A DNA stretch of 63,957 nucleotides, counting the filler, from Octopus bimaculoides (Eukaryota): NCBI RefSeq assembly GCF_001194135.2. It is 3 parts of 3 records of this genome, joined end to end, with 100 filler letters (N's around TTAATTAATTAA, not from the genome) between each part and the next. Parts side by side here need not be neighbours in the genome. Positions count along the whole stretch, not along the records: positions 23,202 to 42,750 come from NC_068984.1; 2 more parts are not named here. The stretch is one strand, 5' to 3'. The notes below the pieces were generated by a model that saw only the letters and a program-made list of their open reading frames with translations, ran no database searches and was not told the DNA's origin. Positions 23,102 to 36,772 of this stretch are shown one piece after another; positions within the stretch are counted from its first letter, which is position 1; each line of letters opens with the position of its first letter. The translations under genes were made by a program, and so were the position numbers.

Positions 23102-23629
23102 NNNNNNNNNNNNNNNNNNNNNNNNNNNNNNNNNNNNNNNNNNNNTTAATTAATTAANNNNNNNNNNNNNNNNNNNNNNNNNNNNNNNNNNNNNNNNNNN
23201 NTATATATACACAGACACAGACACAGACACACACATATATACACACAAATATACATCCACACACACACATATACATCCACACACACACATATGTATGTAT
23301 ATATATATATGTGTATATGTATTTGTATATACATATATATGTATGCATGTATGTATGTATATATATGTATGTATATATTGAAATTATATTTGTTTACTTT
23401 CGTACGTCCACCCTGTATTATCTTGTATGTTCGAGCCCTAATTATCCGCAAGTTGTGCGGGAGCCGCCGACATACGAGTTTCTCAGTCTTATCGTTAAAG
23501 ACCCGAAACTGAGTATTAGCACTTTTGTATTTTTGGTCGATAACTGATGAAGAATTAGGGTCCTCTTGTGTCTGTCCAACGTGTACGTTTTGTAGTATTT
23601 AATACTTTTTTCACGCATCCCGACTTTTG

Positions 23630-23675
<46 letters not shown>

Positions 23676-24645
23676 ATTATACATAAACATATATTTATGT
23701 TTGGAGAGAGAGGAAGAAACGGGAGAGATGGAGAGATGAATCATCAAAATTTAATTATTTGGAGTTAATTTTTCGCTGCTCTAGAATTTAGTAAGAAAAA
23801 AAGAATAAGGAGGCCGCCTGTTGGGAGCGAAATATTACTCCTTGATTAATTGTTCAAAGTCAGCATTGCTAAATGAAATTGTAGACAGCATTAATTCAAA
23901 AGCAACAACCATACACACACAGACACAGACATAGACACACACACATTAATAAACGCACACACATGCACACATAAAAAAAGGAGATTAGGCGCCAACAATT
24001 GGTTATAAATGATCCTTAGTTTCCTCTTGTCCGTACATGTCCAGACGACTACTTTTTCAACGCAGTTCAAATCAGTTCCCGGACGCCTTGCGATTTTGAC
24101 GTTGTTCATCCATAAGCAGACGACAGCGAGAGGCCACTTCGTAGACAAGAAGTGTACGGATGGAAACAATGTATTTACAGGACATTATTTGTCTGTTGAT
24201 TGTTCTGCGATCTATTATTATTACTATTAGCATTGTATTATTTTTGAATATGATAATCATAATGATAGTGATGGTGATGAGAAGGGGGACGAGTAGGATA
24301 GGGATTAAGATGTTACCATTATTACCGTTATGATAATGAAAGCAATATCGTTTGTAATTCGATGAGAAATTCAGAATATCCATTAAATAGGAACCCCAAT
24401 GGAGTAAGTGTGCGTGCTCTTATAATTGTTTGTGCGATGCGTGTATGCGTATTTATTTATTTGCACATACATGCACACAAACACACATATATGTATATGC
24501 TAATATATGCACACATATATATAGAAATATACGCATATATATGAATACATACATGCACACACGCACGCACACACACATGTGTATGTTAGTATACATACAT
24601 AATACATACGTACATACATATATATGCAATATGTGTACATCTCTT

Positions 24646-24696
<51 letters not shown>

Positions 24697-25452
24697 GCTT
24701 TGTATGTTTGTATGTATAAGTGTGTGTATGTGTGAATGCATGTGTGCGAATGTATATATATTTTTATGCATATACAATATATAGAGAGATAAAGGAACTG
24801 TCTAACAGAAAAAGAGGTAGAAAGATAACTGGAGGACACAAACAGGTAAGCAACATGCAGCGAGCTAGCTAGATTGTGTGTGTGGATAAGAAGGTAGTTT
24901 TGTAACCATGTGATTTCGGGTTCAGTCCCACTGTATGATACCTTGGGTATGTGTTTTCTATTATAGTTACCGGCCGACCAATATATTGTGAGTAAATTTG
25001 TTGGTTAACGGAAATTGTGATGAAGCCTGTCGCGTATGTGTGTATCTTTGTGTCTGTGTTTGTCACATCTCAAACGCCTGACAATTAGTGCTTACGTCCC
25101 CATAACTTCGGGGATAAAAGATCGATAAAATAAGTACTTCACTTAAAAATAACATAAGTACTAGCGTCAAATTTCTTCGACTAAAACGTGTCAAGGCGGT
25201 GCTCCAGCATGACTATTATCCAATGACTTAAAGAAATAAATGATAAAGACAGACAGAAAGAACATTACTTTCTATAATTTAGCTCCTATTTTCTTTTCAA
25301 TAATGATATTCATACTGTATCACTGTTCTCTGACGGCTCACCTTGGTTCACTTCAAAATATCCAATAAGTTTATTTGTGGAAACATGTGTGAAAACAAAT
25401 TGGGCAATGAATGACGTCATTCGATCGTGGGACGCTCGCGTTTCTACGTAAA

Positions 25453-26325
25453 GACAGACGAAATACCGCTAAGCATTTCGCCCAGCATGCTAACGTTTCT
25501 TATTTCTTTATTGCCCACAAGGGGCTAAACGTAGAAGGAACAAACAAGGACAGACAAAGGGATTAAGTCGATTACATCGACCCCCCAGTGCGTAACTGGT
25601 ACTTAATTTATCGACCCTGAAAGGATGAAAAACAAAGTCGACCTCGGCGGAATCTGAACCCAGAACGTAACGGCAGACGAAATACCGCTAAGTATTTCGC
25701 CCAGTGTGCTAACGTTTCTGCCAGCTCGCCGCCTTGGATGGCTTCATATATTGCTAATGTATTGGTTTCAAATTTTGGTACAAGGCCAGCAATTTCGGTG
25801 AGGGAATAAATCGATTACATGTTAATATAATTGCAATATATATATATATATCCTAATATATTAGCATATATATTGCTAATATATTAACATTCATAAGGCG
25901 GTGAGCAGGCAGAATCGTTAACACGTCGGGCAAAATGCTTAGTGGCATTTCGTCCGTTTATACGTTCTGAGTTCAAACTCTGCCTTTCATTTTTTGGAGG
26001 TCGACAGAATAGTATCTGTTGAGTACTGAGGGACGATGTAATCGACTTAGCCCCCTCCCCGAAATTGCTGACCTGGTGCCAAAATTTCAAACTAAAATAT
26101 TAACATCTGTAAAGCGGCGAGCTAGCAGAATCGTTAGCACGCCGGGAAAAATGCTTTGCAGCATTTCGTCCGTCTTTATGTTCTGAGTTCGAATTCCGCC
26201 GAGGTCGACCTTGCCCTTCATTTTTCCGAAGTCGATAAAATAAGTACCAGTTGAACAATGGAGGCAATGAAATCGACTTACTCCTTTCCCCAAATAGCTG
26301 GCCCTGTACCAAAATTTGAAATCAA
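25453..26325. mobile_element. Cluster of family-B tRNA-derived SINEs (25453-25733 minus; 25895-26092 and 26111-26325 plus)
   Basis: Repeated GGCGGCGAGCTGGCAGAA..GAGTTC(A/G)AATTCCGCCGAGGTCGAC..TAAGTACCAG..TCGACTT core. Confidence 0.8.
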
Positions 26326-27301
26326 TAAATTAGCATCCACATAGGAAAACACATGCATACAAAGCACATATGCTTATACACATACTTACAAACACACACG
26401 TACACGCATCATGTACTTTTGCGTGTATGTATGCTTACATCCACTCACTCGCATACGCACATGCATTCACTCACTCACTCACTCACTCACTCACTCACAC
26501 ACATACACACACACACAGAGTACAGAATATTATATCGTGTGACCCTGTAGTCTGTTCCATTAAAAAATTTCCTCGACGTTCGACATGCTGACGGTTCAGC
26601 AGACAACAGAGATCTATCTATCTATCTATCTATATATCTATCTATATGTTTGTCTGCCTATCTCTCTCTCCCACTCTCTCTATCTGTATGGATGCGCGTG
26701 TGCGTGAGTGTTTGCGCGCGCGTTTGCATGCACCACTCAGAGAAGTTGTATATACATAAACACAGACAAAAACGAACGAAACATCTACAACCACCGGGAC
26801 CACCAAACCCTTCCGTTCACATACAAGTTGACCTCGCAAGATGATATGATTTGATCGACAGAATAATAATAATTCGACAGCTAATAAGATCGTCTAGTTA
26901 AGTTCATAATCAATACAACTGTCTTTATTAAGCTTCGTAGCTTAATCAGTTTTTACAGCAGGACTAATTTTTAAATAATGTTTCGTGATACGTTGCATTT
27001 CTCTCAAACTCATTACACACACACACGTTTATACGCACGCACATACACACACACACATGCGCACACACAGACGCGCATACGCACAAGCACATATGAAACT
27101 TTGTATGATCTCTGTAAATGTGTGTGTAGGTATTTACATTAGCATAATGTTTTACAATTGTACAATGATTCGTTATTCTTGAAAAAAAAAATGGATGTAT
27201 AGAAACACTTCTAGAGTTGTAAGGTATTGATATCAATATATAAATAAATATGCACTCTAATTACCCATGTGTATAGTTTTTATTGTGCGTGTGTATGTGT
27301 A

Positions 27302-27343
<42 letters not shown>

Positions 27344-27715
27344 TGTGTGTGTGGGTGTGTATGTGTGTCTTTTTGTAGATGGGTGGGTGAGTGATGGTGG
27401 CATGAAGAGGGAGTTGATGGTGGTAATGGGTGGACCGTAGTCATCTCGCAGGCTTTTTCAGAACTACATATTAACCCATTGCCTGCCATAAGCCCCATTT
27501 GGGGATCTGCTAAAAACGAGTGTAGGACAANNNNNNNNNNNNNNNNNNNNNNNNNNNNNNNNNNNNNNNNNNNNNNNNNNNNNNNNNNNNNNNNNNNNNN
27601 NNNNNNNNNNNNNNNNNNNNNNNNNNNNNNNNNNNNNNNNNNNNNNNNNNNNNNNNNNNNNNNNNNNNNNNNNNNNNNNNNNNNNNNNNNNNNNNNNNNN
27701 NNNNNNNNNNNNNNT

Positions 27716-27830
27716 GAAAATGGACAAAAGTCCCACACGGACAAAAGCCCCCCACGGAAAAATCCCCCACGGAAAAAGCCCCGTAGTTAAAGTGTGAAAA
27801 TGGACAAAAGTCCCCACGGACAAAACCGTG
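27716..27830 (+). repeat. GGACAAAAGYCCCCAC-type short tandem repeat next to a gap (possible DNA-transposon subterminal repeats)
   Basis: Several copies of ggacaaaagtcccc/ggaaaaagcccc, with tgaaaatggacaaaagtccc duplicated. Confidence 0.45.
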
Positions 27831-27907
27831 CGCATGCTTGTATGTATGTCCTTATGTACTTATATATGCATGCATGAATGTTTGTACGTACGCATATATG
27901 CTATTGT

Positions 27908-28719
27908 AATGAAGCTAAAGCAAGCAGAGTCAAGCCGTTTGGCAATAATTGATCTTGAACTCTGCTATGCATGTTCACAAAGTTTTATCGTTCTAGCTCA
28001 CTTCCGCTGTTTATAGCAATGCTTGGAAGGAAGGTGTGTAGCGTGTCATCGTCGCATTGACCAAGACAGAGAAAGTTGTTATGGCGATACCTGCTCAGTG
28101 GCCTGCGCAAAGTTGCAGAAAGTGTATGGCGAGGTGTGTATGAGCCGCACACAAGTGTACGAGTGGTTCAGACGATTCCAAGATGGCCAAAAAAATGGCG
28201 ATGTTGGCGAACGTTCTGAGAGACGCACAACCAGCAGAACTTAGAAAAACATCGCAGATGTGCGTGCAGCTGTGAGGGGAAATCGTCGAATCACCATCCA
28301 TGAGTGATTAGAGGACGTGCAGATAAATTACGGTGCAGTTCAGTCCATTATCACTGAAGATTTGGGTATGAGACGCGTGTCTGCCAAGTTTGTACCAAAA
28401 CTGCTTTCAGCTGATCAAAAAGACACTCGAGTTTCAGTTACACAAGATCTCCTTCATTGTGTCGTGAATGAGGAAAACTGTTTGAAAATTTTGCGTAGGC
28501 TTCTGAGCAGGTATCTTTCTGTCATGGTCAATGCGACAGTCACATGCTACACACGTTTCTTCCAGGCACTGCTGTAAACAGTGGAAATAAGCTAGAATGT
28601 TAAAACTTAGTGCACATGCACAGCAGAGTTCAACGTCAATCTGTGCCAAGCGGTTTTACACTGCATGCCTTAGTTTCATTTCTATGGCAACAGTCCGGAT
28701 ACTTATTGATTAAACCACG
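27908..28719 (+). mobile_element. Mariner/Tc1 deletion derivative with ~200-bp inverted ends
   Basis: Broken transposase N-terminus: KVYGEVCMSRTQVYEWFRRFQDG..TSRT..V..NRRITI..IITEDLGMRRVSAKFVPKLLS.DQK. 27908-28075 is the inverse complement of 28513-28681. The right end terminates ...ccacg|TA. Confidence 0.85.
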
Positions 28720-30689
28720 TACGTACGTACATATACACAAATTTATAGACACATTTCTATAACAATGCCGACAGATTTTGTTTTAGTTTGAGATTACCAG
28801 CGAGTACGTGCTACCGACAAAGCTTAGCGAGGCTGAAATGCAGATCTTACCTTCTCACCACCGACGCTGAACGATTTTCGTCTACTAGCTATAAATTTTT
28901 GTTATTTATCACAGTACGCCCATAAGCGTTATTATCTCCAGACAAACACCGTGGCTAATTTGGCTTTGCTTCTGCTGCATATAACGGACACACACACACA
29001 CACACACACACATACACACACACACACANNNNNNNNNNNNNNNNNNNNNNNNNNNNNNNNNNNNNNNNNNNNNNNNNNNNNNNNNNNNNNNNNNNNNNNN
29101 NNNNNNNNNNNNNNNNNNNNNNNNNNNNNNNNNNNNNNNNNNNNNNNNNNNNNNNNNNNNNNNNNNNNNNNNNNNNNNNNNNNNNNNNNNNNNNNNNNNN
29201 NNNNNNNNNNNNNNNNNNNNNNNNNNNNNNNNNNNNNNNNNNNNNNNNNNNNNNNNNNNNNNNNNNNNNNNNNNNNNNNNNNNNNNNNNNNNNNNNNNNN
29301 NNNNNNNNNNNNNNNNNNNNNNNNNNNNNNNNNNNNNNNNNNNNNNNNNNNNNNNNNNNNNNNNNNNNNNNNNNNNNNNTTGAATATAAGTTCCAAATAT
29401 CATCAGGATCCATTCAGTAATTTTGGTCCATAAAAATGACTAAAATTCGGGGGTTAAGCCCCCACTAGTGGGTCTTAGAATCATTCAAAGAAATGGAAAT
29501 TTTGGATATATTTTAAAATTTATTTCTAATACCTATGGTTCAAATTTCAACAAAACCCGAAGCATATGAATTTTCACAGGGAGTTCTGTTCCCCTTTATG
29601 CTCCCTCAAAATTCTATGAAACATTCGGCATTACCCTTCTCCCTAGGCTTGGATTTTGTGTTCCAAATTTCATTAGGATCGGTCCAGTAGTTTTCGAGTC
29701 TATAAGTAATACACGAATACACGTACACACAGACATTGACTTTCATATAATAGATATTTATATGTGTATTTTCTTTTATGTTTAGAAGTAACAGAGTGAC
29801 AGAAGAGCCAAGAATTTTGTCGTTGGCACGAAACTCTCGGTACGAAACTTTTGGCCTTTGAGTCATTCTGTTACTACTAGGAAATATCAATAGAAAATAT
29901 ACATATATTCATGTTTTGAGTTCTATTTTTCCTGTTTACATCACCGAGCCTATATATATATATACACGCTCACTCACACACACACATATATATACATACA
30001 TACATACATATATATATATATGCATATATATGTAAATTTTATATATATGTAAATTATATATATATATACATACACGCACACATCTATACATATATATGTG
30101 TGTGTATGTGTGTGTTTGTGGTAATAAAACAAAGAAAAGTGCTCAATACCATAAATTGGAGTATTAATTGAAATTTGTCGGTTCAAACCAGTGCTGGCAA
30201 CTACTATTAGTCTTTTTTTTTCTGCATAGTTGTCATGTTGTTCGTCAGATCAGCATGCCGGAAAATAACTTCAAACAAATGTTAACAGATAACAGCATGC
30301 ATCTCACTTTGATCTCGCATTAACGCAGGTGTTAAAATGAAAACCTTTCAATTTTTAAGACAATAGAATCAAGAGCGATATCTCAAAAGAGATTGAGTGT
30401 GACAGGGATGTAACCTGCAATCTCAAAACGGGTACAGGAATTGACGCTAAAGACTGTTGAGTGAGACATTATAAGAAAGGAAGTAGAGAAAGATGGAAGC
30501 TGTCACAGCTGTTAATTTCTTCAAAATTCATTGTTCATAAAGTTACATGCAGTTTGTAAATTTAAAGTCGATACAAGGCAGATTTAGCGATCACCACTCC
30601 TCTTCCCCAATGTCTTTCCTTGTATTTTCTCAGTTATCAGAATCATAAATGTTTGCGTTAATTTTATATTTTCACTCAGATCAATACAA

Positions 30690-33120
30690 ATTCAATTCGT
30701 AGATCAACAAATGTAAAAATGCAAGGATCATACAAATATCAACACATACTCAGATCAACGCATATATGGACCAACACATAGTTGAATCAGCACTTACATA
30801 GATCATCGTTTATTTAAATCAACAGATACTCATATCAAAACATTGTTAGATCAACACATACTTAGATAAGTTCTACGCATACTCAGTTCTACACATACTC
30901 AGATCAGCGCATACTCAGATCAACACGTACTTCTATCAACACATACTTAGATCAACTCTTACGCAGATCAACGCATGCTGAAATCACTGCATACAAGGTT
31001 CTAAATATACTTAAATCAACGCATATTTAGATCAACACTTACTTAGATCAGCACTTACTCAAAATTCTACATACCAAGATCAACATATACTCATATATAC
31101 ATATTCACATCAACACATACGCTGATCAACATATATTAAAGTCAAACCATATTCAAAGCAATTCATATTCAGATCAACATATACTTATATCAAAAAGTAT
31201 CTAAATCAACACATAGGCAGATCAATACATACTCTAATTAACGACACTCAGATCAATACGTTGATCAACGCCCACACTTTAACAGAGACCAATACACAGA
31301 TCGAACATATAGTTCAACTTACAGATCACCACACAAAGTTCAATACATAGATCAATGCATAGATGAACAAACAGAGATCATACACGTAGAATCGCAAATC
31401 AACAAGTGAATTGCATATAGTCGATTTAAATGTTCAGATCTGCTGATATGGGTGCTGAGCTTCATGTTGATCTCTAAGTTAGTCTATGTGTTAATCTATA
31501 CCTGAACTGTGGTTTACTGTCCGTTGATCTATTAGTTAATACGTGTGATGGTCTGTGTTCTGATCTGAGGGTTAATCTGTTTATTGATCTTCATGTATAT
31601 CTGTCTGTCTGTGCATTGATATGCGTATTGGTCATATTGTTGACCTCTTTTGATTAGGCATCGATTTTGTATTGCTCTTTGATTGAGTGTATCTGTTGAG
31701 CTGTGTAGTAGTTTGTGTGTGTATTTAATTGTTGCTCTTTCTTTAAGCTAAGAAGTGCATTGATCTATGTATTGATATGGATGTCAATATGTGTAGTTAT
31801 GTGTCCATTGACTTAATGCTATGTGTGTTACATATGTTGATCGATGTTTTTGATCGATATGTAGATCGATATGCTGTTCATCTATGTCTTGATTAATTTA
31901 TCATTCTATGATTTGATCTATGTTGATACTTGTGATAACATAAGTGCGTTGAACCTTTTTTATATATATACGTTGATCTGCCTGTTGATCTATGAGTTGA
32001 TCTGTGTTGATCTATGTTTTTATTAGTATGTATTGATCGATATACTGATCGATATGCTCATCTGTGCGTTAAACTTTGAGTTCATCGATGCGTTGGCCAA
32101 TGTATTAACCTATACTGATCTTTGGTGACACCTGTGATATTTGAGTTGATATCTGCATTGCTCTGCCCGTTGATCTCTATATTGATCAATATGCTGATCA
32201 ATATGTTCATCTGTGTGTTGGACTTTGTGTTCATCGATGTGCTGGTCAGTGTATTTATAGATATGCTAATATCTATCTGTTGACCTTTGAAGTGATACGT
32301 GTGTTGATCTGCGAGTTGATCTATGCTTCATTAGTGTGTTGAACTGTGCAACTATCACTTTGTTGATTTGTGTGTTGATATATATGTTGATCAGTGAGGT
32401 TGATCTAGCAGATGTTCAGCTTGAACTCCTGTGGCTTGTTGATTTTGTTTTTAGCAGACTCCCACATCATCCTTCATCGAGCAGACATATACGCAAAAAT
32501 GGTTGATAAACGTGTGTTAATGTTTGACTTGATATGTACGTATGTTCATACGTGTGTCGACATGTGTGCTGATCAAGGAATTTTTCTATAAGTTATTCAG
32601 AACTTTGATCTGAGTATACATATATGTAGTGATCCATGTGTTCATCTATTTGTTGATCTGTGCTTTTAATTGTATATTGAGCTATATATACTGATCCCTA
32701 CCTTGATCTGTGTTGATCTTTGTATTTATGTTAATCTTTGTATTTATGTTGATCTACATTTTGATCTGTCTTTCACCTCTGCTAATGTGTTGATCAACGT
32801 ACTAATTTGCCATTTGACCTGTACACGGATATATACATTGATCCGAGTATTGTTCTAAGTGGTGTTCTCACTGTTAATACTAGTGATATTTTGTATGATT
32901 AAATAACCGTCTGTGTACGTTTTGATCTGTATCAACTTCCACTGGTGCGTCGATCTATCAACTGATCTGCCTCTCGACCGGTACATTGATCTGAGCACTG
33001 ATCGAGATGGTGATCTACATGCAGATATGACTGATGCGTTGCGTGATTATATGACCTGCCTATTGTTTTAGGTATTAGTCTCTGTTGATATGCGTCCTGT
33101 ATTTTGCGTTTTATGGTGAT
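30690..33120. repeat. Decayed ~13-15 bp GATC-containing satellite (agatcaacacatac) with a strand switch near 31420
   Basis: The left part repeats (ctc)agatcaacacata(c). The right part repeats the reverse complement, (g)tatgtgttgatct. Confidence 0.8.
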
Positions 33121-33199
33121 CTCACTTCAGTGTAATTCATTTTAACAGACTTCACCAGGTGAGTGAAGCTCACGGAGTTAATAATCAACTTGAATACAT

Positions 33200-33351
33200 G
33201 TAGGCTGTTATTGCTGATGATGTTGTTGCTGTTGTTGCTGTTGTTGCTGTTGTTGCGGTTATTATTGTTGTTGTTGCTGCTGCTACTTCTACTACTAAAA
33301 ATACTAATACTAATATTACTACTACTACTAACATTACTAATACTTCTGCTG

Positions 33352-33414
<63 letters not shown>

Positions 33415-35188
33415 TTGGTGCTGCTGCAGCCTTCGCTGTAGCTGTTGTTGTTGTTATTGTTGTTGTTATTGGTGGTGGTGTAGTCTCGTTGTTGGTCTGC
33501 TTGATCAAAATCAACCTGGAAGGAGCAGACCTATGAAAAACACAGTGTTCCAATTGTACCCAACATGTCTTTTATTCCGAACTAGAATANNNNNNNNNNN
33601 NNNNNNNNNNNNNNNNNNNNNNNNNNNNNNNNNNNNNNNNNNNNNNNNNNNNNNNNNNNNNNNNNNNNNNNNNNNNNNNNNNNNNNNNNNNNNNNNNNNN
33701 NNNNNNNNNNNNNNNNNNNNNNNNNNNNNNNNNNNNNNNNNNNNNNNNNNNNNNNNNNNNNNNNNNNNNNNNNNNNNNNNNNNNNNNNNNNNNNNNNNNN
33801 NNNNNNNNNNNNNNNNNNNNNNNNNNNNNNNNNNNNNNNNNNNNNNNNNNNNNNNNNNNNNNNNNNNNNNNNNNNNNNNNNNNNNNNNNNNNNNNNNNNN
33901 NNNNNNNNNNNNNNNNNNNNNNNNNNNNNNNNNNNNNNNNNNNNNNNNNNNNNNNNNNNNNNNNNNNNNNNNNNNNNNNNNNNNNNNNNNNNNNNNNNNN
34001 NNNNNNNNNNNNNNNNNNNNNNNNNNNNNNNNNNNNNNNNNNNNNNNNNNNNNNNNNNNNNNNNNNNNNNNNNNNNNNNNNNNNNNNNNNNNNNNNNNNN
34101 NNNNNNNNNNNNNNNNNNNNNNNNNNNNNNNNNNNNNNNNNNNNNNNNNNNNNNNNNNNNNNNNNNNNNNNNNNNNNNNNNNNNNNNNNNNNNNNNNNNN
34201 NNNNNNNNNNNNNNNNNNNNNNNNNNNNNNNNNNNNNNNNNNNNNNNNNNNNNNNNNNNNNNNNNNNNNNNNNNNNNNNNNNNNNNNNNNNNNNNNNNNN
34301 NNNNNNNNNNNNNNNNNNNNNNNNNNNNNNNNNNNNNNNNNNNNNNNNNNNNNNNNNNNNNNNNNNNNNNNNTATATGTATGTAGACATATGTACTGGTA
34401 TACACACTCGCACACGCACACTTACACACACTCACGCGCGCTTTGTTTATCAGATGTGTCGAGTCAGAGTGATTAGAGAGAACATAGTTCCTGAGTGAAA
34501 ATATTTTGAGGATCTCCATTGGTCGGTTCAAATCACGCTGAGCAGAAAATTGACACTTACAGCGACAACAAATATTCACGTCTGTTGTTCCACCCACCTC
34601 ATGAATATTCATTTGTTGTCTCTTGCTTGAACTTTTAATCATAGACGTCTGTTAGACCAGGGCTGATCAACATCAAGCCATCAATTACAATAATCACTTA
34701 AAACACTGTTTTTACTGCAATTCATATTTTGCTTTCTGAGTTCAAATTCTGTCGAGGTCAATTTCGCTTTTATGCTTTCGGGGATCGGTAAAATAAGTCC
34801 CAGTCGAGCACTGGGGACGATATAATCCACTAGCTTTATCCCTTCAAATTGCAGGAGTTGTGTCTTTAGCAGAAAGAATCGTTGCTATAATTATCACTAA
34901 TCAAATCAACGAGGGAGGCTGTATGAGGTCGCTTGACCTGGTGGAAACACCAGCCAGAGTTCCTTCGAATTTCACCCTGGGACATATTAGATATGATCCG
35001 AAATACCCTGTAGCTGAAAAACAAGACATGGTAGCCGTTATTGCAATGCCTTTTGATCATAGTTCATCTTGGTCAGATATGTTCATCGTGATCAGGTCAT
35101 AGTTCATCTTGATCACGTATGTTCGACCTCATCAGATATGTTCGACCAACATCGTCGTCGTCATCATCATCATCATCATCATCATCAT

Positions 35189-35238
<50 letters not shown>

Positions 35239-35349
35239 CCGACAACATGCTAATACCTTTAGAATTACTGCGACCTCCTCTAGCATTTCTACTGTCACCA
35301 CTACAAATACAAATACTACTACTACTACTACTATCAAAACTACTGCAAT

Positions 35350-35396
<47 letters not shown>

Positions 35397-35427
35397 TTAC
35401 TACTACTACTACCAAAACTACTGCAAT

Positions 35428-35462
<35 letters not shown>

Positions 35463-35508
35463 TTACTACTACTACTACTATTACTACTACTACCAAAACT
35501 ACTGCAAT

Positions 35509-35556
<48 letters not shown>

Positions 35557-35870
35557 CACNNNNNNNNNNNNNNNNNNNNNNNNNNNNNNNNNNNNNNNNN
35601 NNNNNNNNNNNNNNNNNNNNNNNNNNNNNNNNNNNNNNNNNNNNNNNNNNNNNNNNNNNNNNNNNNNNNNNNNNNNNNNNNNNNNNNNNNNNNNNNNNNN
35701 NNNNNNNNNNNNNNNNNNNNNNNNNNNNNNNNNNNNNNNNNNNNNNNNNNNNNNNNNNNNNNNNNNNNNNNNNNNNNNNNNNNNNNNNNCTACTACTACT
35801 ACTACTACTACTACTACAACCACCGCCGCCACCACCACCACCACCACCGTCGCCGCCACCGATGCTGCCG

Positions 35871-35926
<56 letters not shown>

Positions 35927-36710
35927 GTCTCCAACAATAACCAACACAGAGGCTGAAGTGGTGACCGTGGTTGTACAGATGGAAGTGGTGTGTGCGTTGT
36001 GGTGTCTTGATAATATGCTTATCATAATGACGGTGATCATCATCACGGTCGTCATCATCGTCATCGTCATCGTCATCGTCATCATCATCGTCATCACTGT
36101 CATCTACCACCACCACCACTACCACCACCACCAGACATCATCATCATCATCACGATCACTTTCACTATCCCCACTAAAAACCATTATAAATATTAACACG
36201 ACCAGAACGACGGCGGCCGGGACCACCACCACCACCACCACCACCACCACCACAAATATCAGCAACAGCAGCAACACTACCACGACTGTCAACACGGCTG
36301 CCATCGTCACAGCCGTCATCATCGCCACAGTAAATTGCACCACAAACACCAACCACCAGCAACAGCACCTGTAAAACAATTACATCTGCCAGCATCTTCA
36401 TCCCGCCCCCCGTCACACACCTTACATTTCCTCATCGATTACTTCATTCATTGGCCGCCATTTTAGAACAGTTTTTATGGCAGATTGCATTTCTAATTCT
36501 ATTGCTGTCGTTATAATCGTACACATATACACACACACACGCACACACACACACACACTTTCACATACACAAGCACAAACATATACATACATATATACAT
36601 ACATACATATAAATGCATACATACAAGCATACATAAACATATGCATCCAAAACACTATTATCAGCATCACAAACATACATACATACATACATACATACAT
36701 GCATGCGTGC

Positions 36711-36772
<62 letters not shown>

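Noticed and set aside
23146-23157. TTAATTAATTAA flanked by Ns (also at 42795-42806)
   Set aside because: Identical 12-mer with stops in all six frames, embedded in gaps: a scaffolding linker artefact, not biology.
29390-29760. Possible DINE-1/Helentron-like non-autonomous element end
   Set aside because: Only loose resemblance from memory, and the 5' part is hidden by a gap; not enough support to call.
35069-36374. Long poly-His/Gln/Thr/Leu/Ser ORFs
   Set aside because: Translations of pure trinucleotide repeats and N runs, open in several frames on both strands; no coding signature.
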